Assembly: GCA_038496445.1 (NCBI GenBank)
Contig: JALMLS010000287.1
Coordinates: forward strand, 1 to 64,000
Origin: Trichosphaerium sp. ATCC 40318
Lineage: Eukaryota; Protista; Tubulinea
Length of the DNA: 64,000 bases
Direction of reading: 5' to 3'
The notes beneath the pieces were generated by a model. It did not search any database. It saw only the letters and a program-made list of their open reading frames with translations, and was not told the DNA's origin. Both the position numbers and the translations under genes were made by a program. Each line of letters starts with the position of its first letter. The stretch's first letter is position 1. Shown here in pieces: positions 60,134-64,000 of the stretch.

Positions 60134-61777
60134 CTATTTACGTTCACCATTTTCGTGCCACTCTTTTGCCTCAACAACTTCTTCGTCATTATTAAACATA
60201 CATTGTAGTTCAATTTGCCCATTCTCATACCATCTTATGGCCTCACCATTTAATTTGGAATCACTCCACATTGATTGTGACTCAAGTTGTCCATTACCAT
60301 GCCACGCTTTGGCCTCACCGTGTCGTTTACCGTTGACCCACATTGATTGTAATTCAAGTTGTCCACTTTCATACCATGCTTTCAGCTCACCTTCTCGTTT
60401 ACCATTAATCCAGATACATTCTATGCTAAGTTGTCCATTACCATGCCATGCTTTGACCAGACCGTGTTGTTTACCGTTGATCCACATTGATTGTGACTCA
60501 AGTTGTCCATTTTGATACCATTTTTTGGACTCACCATGTTTTTTACCACCAGCCCACATGGTTTGCTCCTTAATATTTCCATTCTCAAACCATTCCTTGA
60601 ATTCACCATGTTTTTTACCGCCAACCCTTATACTTTGTTTTTTAAGTTGTCCATTTTCATACCATTCGTTGAGTTCACCTTGTAGCTTTCTATCAATCAT
60701 ATTACATTCTAATTTGATCTGTCCATTGTCAAACCATGTTTTCCTCTTTCCTGTTTTTTTACCCATTACCCATGACTGTTTTTTCTTGGGTTTACCATTT
60801 TTATACCACTCCGTATATTCGCCATTTGGCTCACCATCAACAAACATATATTCAGCAAAAAGTTCTCCAGTATCATACCATTTTGTTTTCACACCATTTC
60901 GTTTACCATCAACCCACATACAATGTTCCTTGAGTTGCCCATTCTGATACCACTTTTTACACTCTTTGTTTAGCTTACCATAAATCTGTATGTATTGTCC
61001 CTTAAGCTGTCCATTTGAATACCACTCTTTGCCTTCACCATGCACTTTACCATCAACCCACATAGCTTGTTCTTTAATTTGCCCATTCCTATGCCACACT
61101 CTTGCTTCACCATTTAATTTATTATCCTTCCATGTTGCTTGTGTCATCAGTTGACCGCCCTCATACCATTTTTTGGCCACACCATTTTTTTTACCATCAA
61201 TCCACATAGTTTGTTCTTTAATTTGTCCATTCCTATGCCATACTCTTGCTTCGCCATTTAATTTATTATCCTTCCATGTTGCTTGTTTCATCAGTTGACC
61301 GTTCTCATACCATTCTTTGAACACACCACTTTGTTTACTGTTAAGCCATTTACTTAGTTCTCTTAGTTGTCGATTACCATCAACCAACATGAATTGCCTT
61401 GAAAGTTGTCCATTCTCATAATATTCTTTGATTTCACCTTGCATTTTTCCATCTACCCACATGGCCTCTGCAGAAAGTTGCCCGTTTTCGTGCCACATTA
61501 AAAAAATACCGTTTAACTTACCGTTTACCCACATATTTTGTTGATTCAGTTGCCCGTTCTTGTACCACCTCAGCCATTTTCCGTTTCGTTGTAAACTATT
61601 GTTGAAATGTGTGTTAACAGCAGCTCTCATTGATAACATATGGAACTTTGTGAACGCTTCAGCATTGAAAGAGCAAATATATTGCTGAATCTCCTTAGGA
61701 ATATCAAGGAGAGAAAGCGTAGGAGGCTGTTTATCATCATACAAAATGCCAAAGTCAAATTTTTTCTTTGTTTGCAT
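60134..61777 (-). CDS. F-box-like + about 19 MORN_2 repeats, intronless
   Basis: LLDIPKEIQQYI...LSMRAAVNTHF (same N-terminal module as 9100 and 33997), then 24-aa W(Y/H)xNGQLxxQxMWxxGKxxGE repeats. Confidence 0.9.
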   Translation of the reverse strand: MQTKKKFDFGILYDDKQPPTLSLLDIPKEIQQYICSFNAEAFTKFHMLSMRAAVNTHFNNSLQRNGKWLRWYKNGQLNQQNMWVNGKLNGIFLMWHENGQLSAEAMWVDGKMQGEIKEYYENGQLSRQFMLVDGNRQLRELSKWLNSKQSGVFKEWYENGQLMKQATWKDNKLNGEARVWHRNGQIKEQTMWIDGKKNGVAKKWYEGGQLMTQATWKDNKLNGEARVWHRNGQIKEQAMWVDGKVHGEGKEWYSNGQLKGQYIQIYGKLNKECKKWYQNGQLKEHCMWVDGKRNGVKTKWYDTGELFAEYMFVDGEPNGEYTEWYKNGKPKKKQSWVMGKKTGKRKTWFDNGQIKLECNMIDRKLQGELNEWYENGQLKKQSIRVGGKKHGEFKEWFENGNIKEQTMWAGGKKHGESKKWYQNGQLESQSMWINGKQHGLVKAWHGNGQLSIECIWINGKREGELKAWYESGQLELQSMWVNGKRHGEAKAWHGNGQLESQSMWSDSKLNGEAIRWYENGQIELQCMFNNDEEVVEAKEWHENGERK

Positions 61778-62212
61778 TTTGCTTTTCTTGTTCTGTGAAT
61801 ACGTTTTGTCGTGGCCACGAATAATAATACTTTTTTTTCTGAGAGAGAATGGCCTCCTGGTCTCGCAAGTGAATATTATTCCTGGGTGTGAGTTAAAATA
61901 CGAGGAATGATAATACTACGCACCACCACGCTTTAAACTAAATTTTAGGTATACCGTTAAACCACTAACTGTTTTGCTTCAATAGTGAGTTAAAAAAACC
62001 TGCAAAGCTTTTTCCAGCCAAGTATTTGTCAATAAAAGTCATTTGTAGTTTAAAAACTGGCATAAAATACACGTGATAATGTCGCAAAAAGAAAACAACG
62101 GTTCAACGCAACTTGACTTAAGACCGAGTCATCAACAGTAACTAGGATGTTTATGTTTGTACAACACTTTATTTTATCCAGTGGTCCAATGCTAATTGCT
62201 CATGTGTTTAAG

Positions 62213-64000
62213 TTATTTTAATTGTTTCTCTCTAGAGCATAGAAAAGATGATAATGGCTGCACAGCAGCCAAGTTTTCTAAAGCAACATGCCAATGCCAA
62301 AGTACTTCCTCTGGTGTTGTGTCAACACTCCATACATCAGTATCTAACCTTAAAGAAAACCTTTCACTCTCAGATATAATACACATAGTCAAAGGCTTTT
62401 CTTGAGATGGTTTAACTGATTTAATGTCACTCAAGGGAAGGTACGAATGAGGCAAAGCACCCTTCGTGAAACTCTAAAAAAAAAGTAAAGAAAATCAGTG
62501 TTCACCATCGCTAAAGGTTTGTTTTAAGCAGTAACTGACGTACTTCATCTGATAGGTAGAAACTTAATGTGCAAGGTCTTAGAACTACATAGTAATGATT
62601 TTCTGATTCATCATTGGCTGAAGGTAAATACATCCACTGCTCGAAAAATGCAGCTAAGAAAAAGGATTTAGAAAAAAATAGTTTGGAGGTAACCGTTTAA
62701 TATCAGTGCGTACGGCCATGAACGAACGGTAATTCTTCTTGCTTCCAATCTGCAGCGCCTTTAGCAACATGTGCACCTGTTTTTATAGCCAAAGTAACAG
62801 GGTTGATATAAGTTATTGTTTTCTTTGTAGCTACATATGTATGACCTGCAGAATTCCAGTTCTTTCTTGTCATTTCGCCTTTCTCATGTCCTTGTCTATG
62901 TAATACTTGTCTTTAGACACGAAACCAGGTTCAAAAAAGACGTACCTATGTTCGACATATCCTACGTGCGCATCACGAGTATCTTGTGCAACAATTTTTG
63001 TTGATTTGCCAAAAGCTTTAATAACTGTTTTAGCTCCGTGAACAGAGCTACTGCCAATCTGTTTAGCAGCCACTTGATTTTCATTTACAGGATGACCTCT
63101 AGACTTCGCTATACGTTGCTTGTGTTTCCTTTCTTTATACATTGAAGTCCTTGCAACACCACGATGAATAGTTCTTCCAGTAAATGAAGCACCTAGAACA
63201 AGCAAATTTAACCTTGATAACATAAAGACGCACTTACCTATTCCCAGGCCTTTACCAAATCCTTTAACCCCTTTATGGAATGTCTTTGCAGTTGTATGCG
63301 TAGATCCAGTACCTAAGCGTTCATTTTCACTCACAGGAGCTGCGTAACCTGCCGATGTTCTGCTTTGTGCTAGTTTTGATATTCTGTTGAAGGACCAAAT
63401 TAGTCTGAGTTCTAGGAAGTCATCCTGCGTACCCTTTTACACCAGCGCCTATCCCATGGCCAATACCAATCAATCCAACCCCCACAACATTGGAAGCTGT
63501 GCCTATACCTTTAGCAACCTTACTTGAAGTCTCGAGTTTGTCCTAATTGCCATATTCTTAGAAAGATATAAAAATGGTTTATTACATACGCTCACTGTAA
63601 TACGTTGTTCAGCTTTTGTTCTTGCTGGAAAATTACCATCAATAGTAACGGGCATAGTCATCATATTTGTATAAGCATTAAGGAAGAGTCTAAACGCCGA
63701 CTACAAACGGAAACTAAAGTTAGAAAAGTGTACTTAGTTTTCTTAAAAAGTTTTGTTTTGTACCCTTGATGCATCTGTGTACACGTGAAACCACTCGTCA
63801 TTATAGTACATTACAAATTCGTTTGGGTACGGCTCAAAAACAGGGAAACTAGTGGCGGTTAGGTTGAGCACAAACAGGTCATTTGTACTTGGCACAAACA
63901 GTTGCAATAAGTTGTTTGTTGATGCTAATACAAACAACACTTGAGCTACTTAGTTCCCATTCTAAGATTCCCTAAAAACCACAAAATAAGTACTGAGTAT
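62213..64000 (-). CDS. Spartin-type senescence-domain protein with C-terminal PH-like domain (5' end outside window)
   Basis: KVAKGIGTASNVVGVGLIGIGHGIGAGVK...GAKTVIKAFGKSTKIVAQDTRDAHVGYVEHR (senescence domain); FEQWMY...YYVVLRPCTLSFY...LPLSDIKSV...WHWHVAL (PH-like). Confidence 0.65.

Noticed and set aside
60237-60947. Plus-strand Cys/Pro-rich ORFs (also 3609-3851, 11892-12419, 29739-30146)
   Set aside because: Antisense shadows of real genes on the opposite strand.
55423-61560. CRISPR-like arrays suggested by periodic sequence
   Set aside because: The 63- and 72-nt periodicities are codon-degenerate protein repeats, not identical repeats with unique spacers.
9100-61777. MORN_2 genes as bacterial YwqK toxin-antitoxin components or contamination
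   Set aside because: They sit among intron-rich eukaryotic genes, carry F-box-like N-termini, one has a spliceosomal intron, and no toxin partner is adjacent.
1-64000. Alternative genetic code (stop-codon reassignment) to explain the fragmented ORF track
   Set aside because: Fragmentation is explained by short introns, and TAA, TAG and TGA all terminate well-supported genes.

Overview
AT-rich (about 34% GC by eye), compact, intron-rich eukaryotic genomic DNA in the standard genetic code. Introns are mostly 45-150 nt with GTACGT/GTAAGT donors and CTAAC-like branch sites; by inference the host is a free-living amoeboid protist. Splicing by hand gives about 29 protein genes plus several pseudogene fragments. 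Housekeeping-type genes include a PHO84-like transporter, a TOM1-like VHS-GAT adaptor, RMND5/GID2, a copine vWA protein, a Sec14 protein, a hydantoinase-DUF917 fusion, a TKL receptor kinase and a spartin-like senescence+PH protein. The most notable observations are: (1) about 10 F-box genes plus one BTB-SPRY gene, including two families with intron-free, surface-variable repeat arrays (F-box+MORN_2 x3, F-box+21-aa LRR x2) and start-less or rearranged repeat remnants, a candidate fast-evolving ubiquitin-based recognition/immunity repertoire; (2) an in-frame, stop-free U12 AT-AC intron inside the kinase catalytic loop; (3) a ~70-aa helical-repeat protein with a C-terminal PD-(D/E)xK-like nuclease domain; (4) a Rab1-derived GTPase with an N-myristoylation motif, no C-terminal cysteines and a destroyed G3 box; (5) roughly 10-fold enrichment of CACGTG; (6) a MITE-like element; (7) an intronised bacterial-type DUF1028 gene. 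No rRNA, tRNA, CRISPR array or viral hallmark gene was recognised. All gene models are manual and unverified by transcript data.
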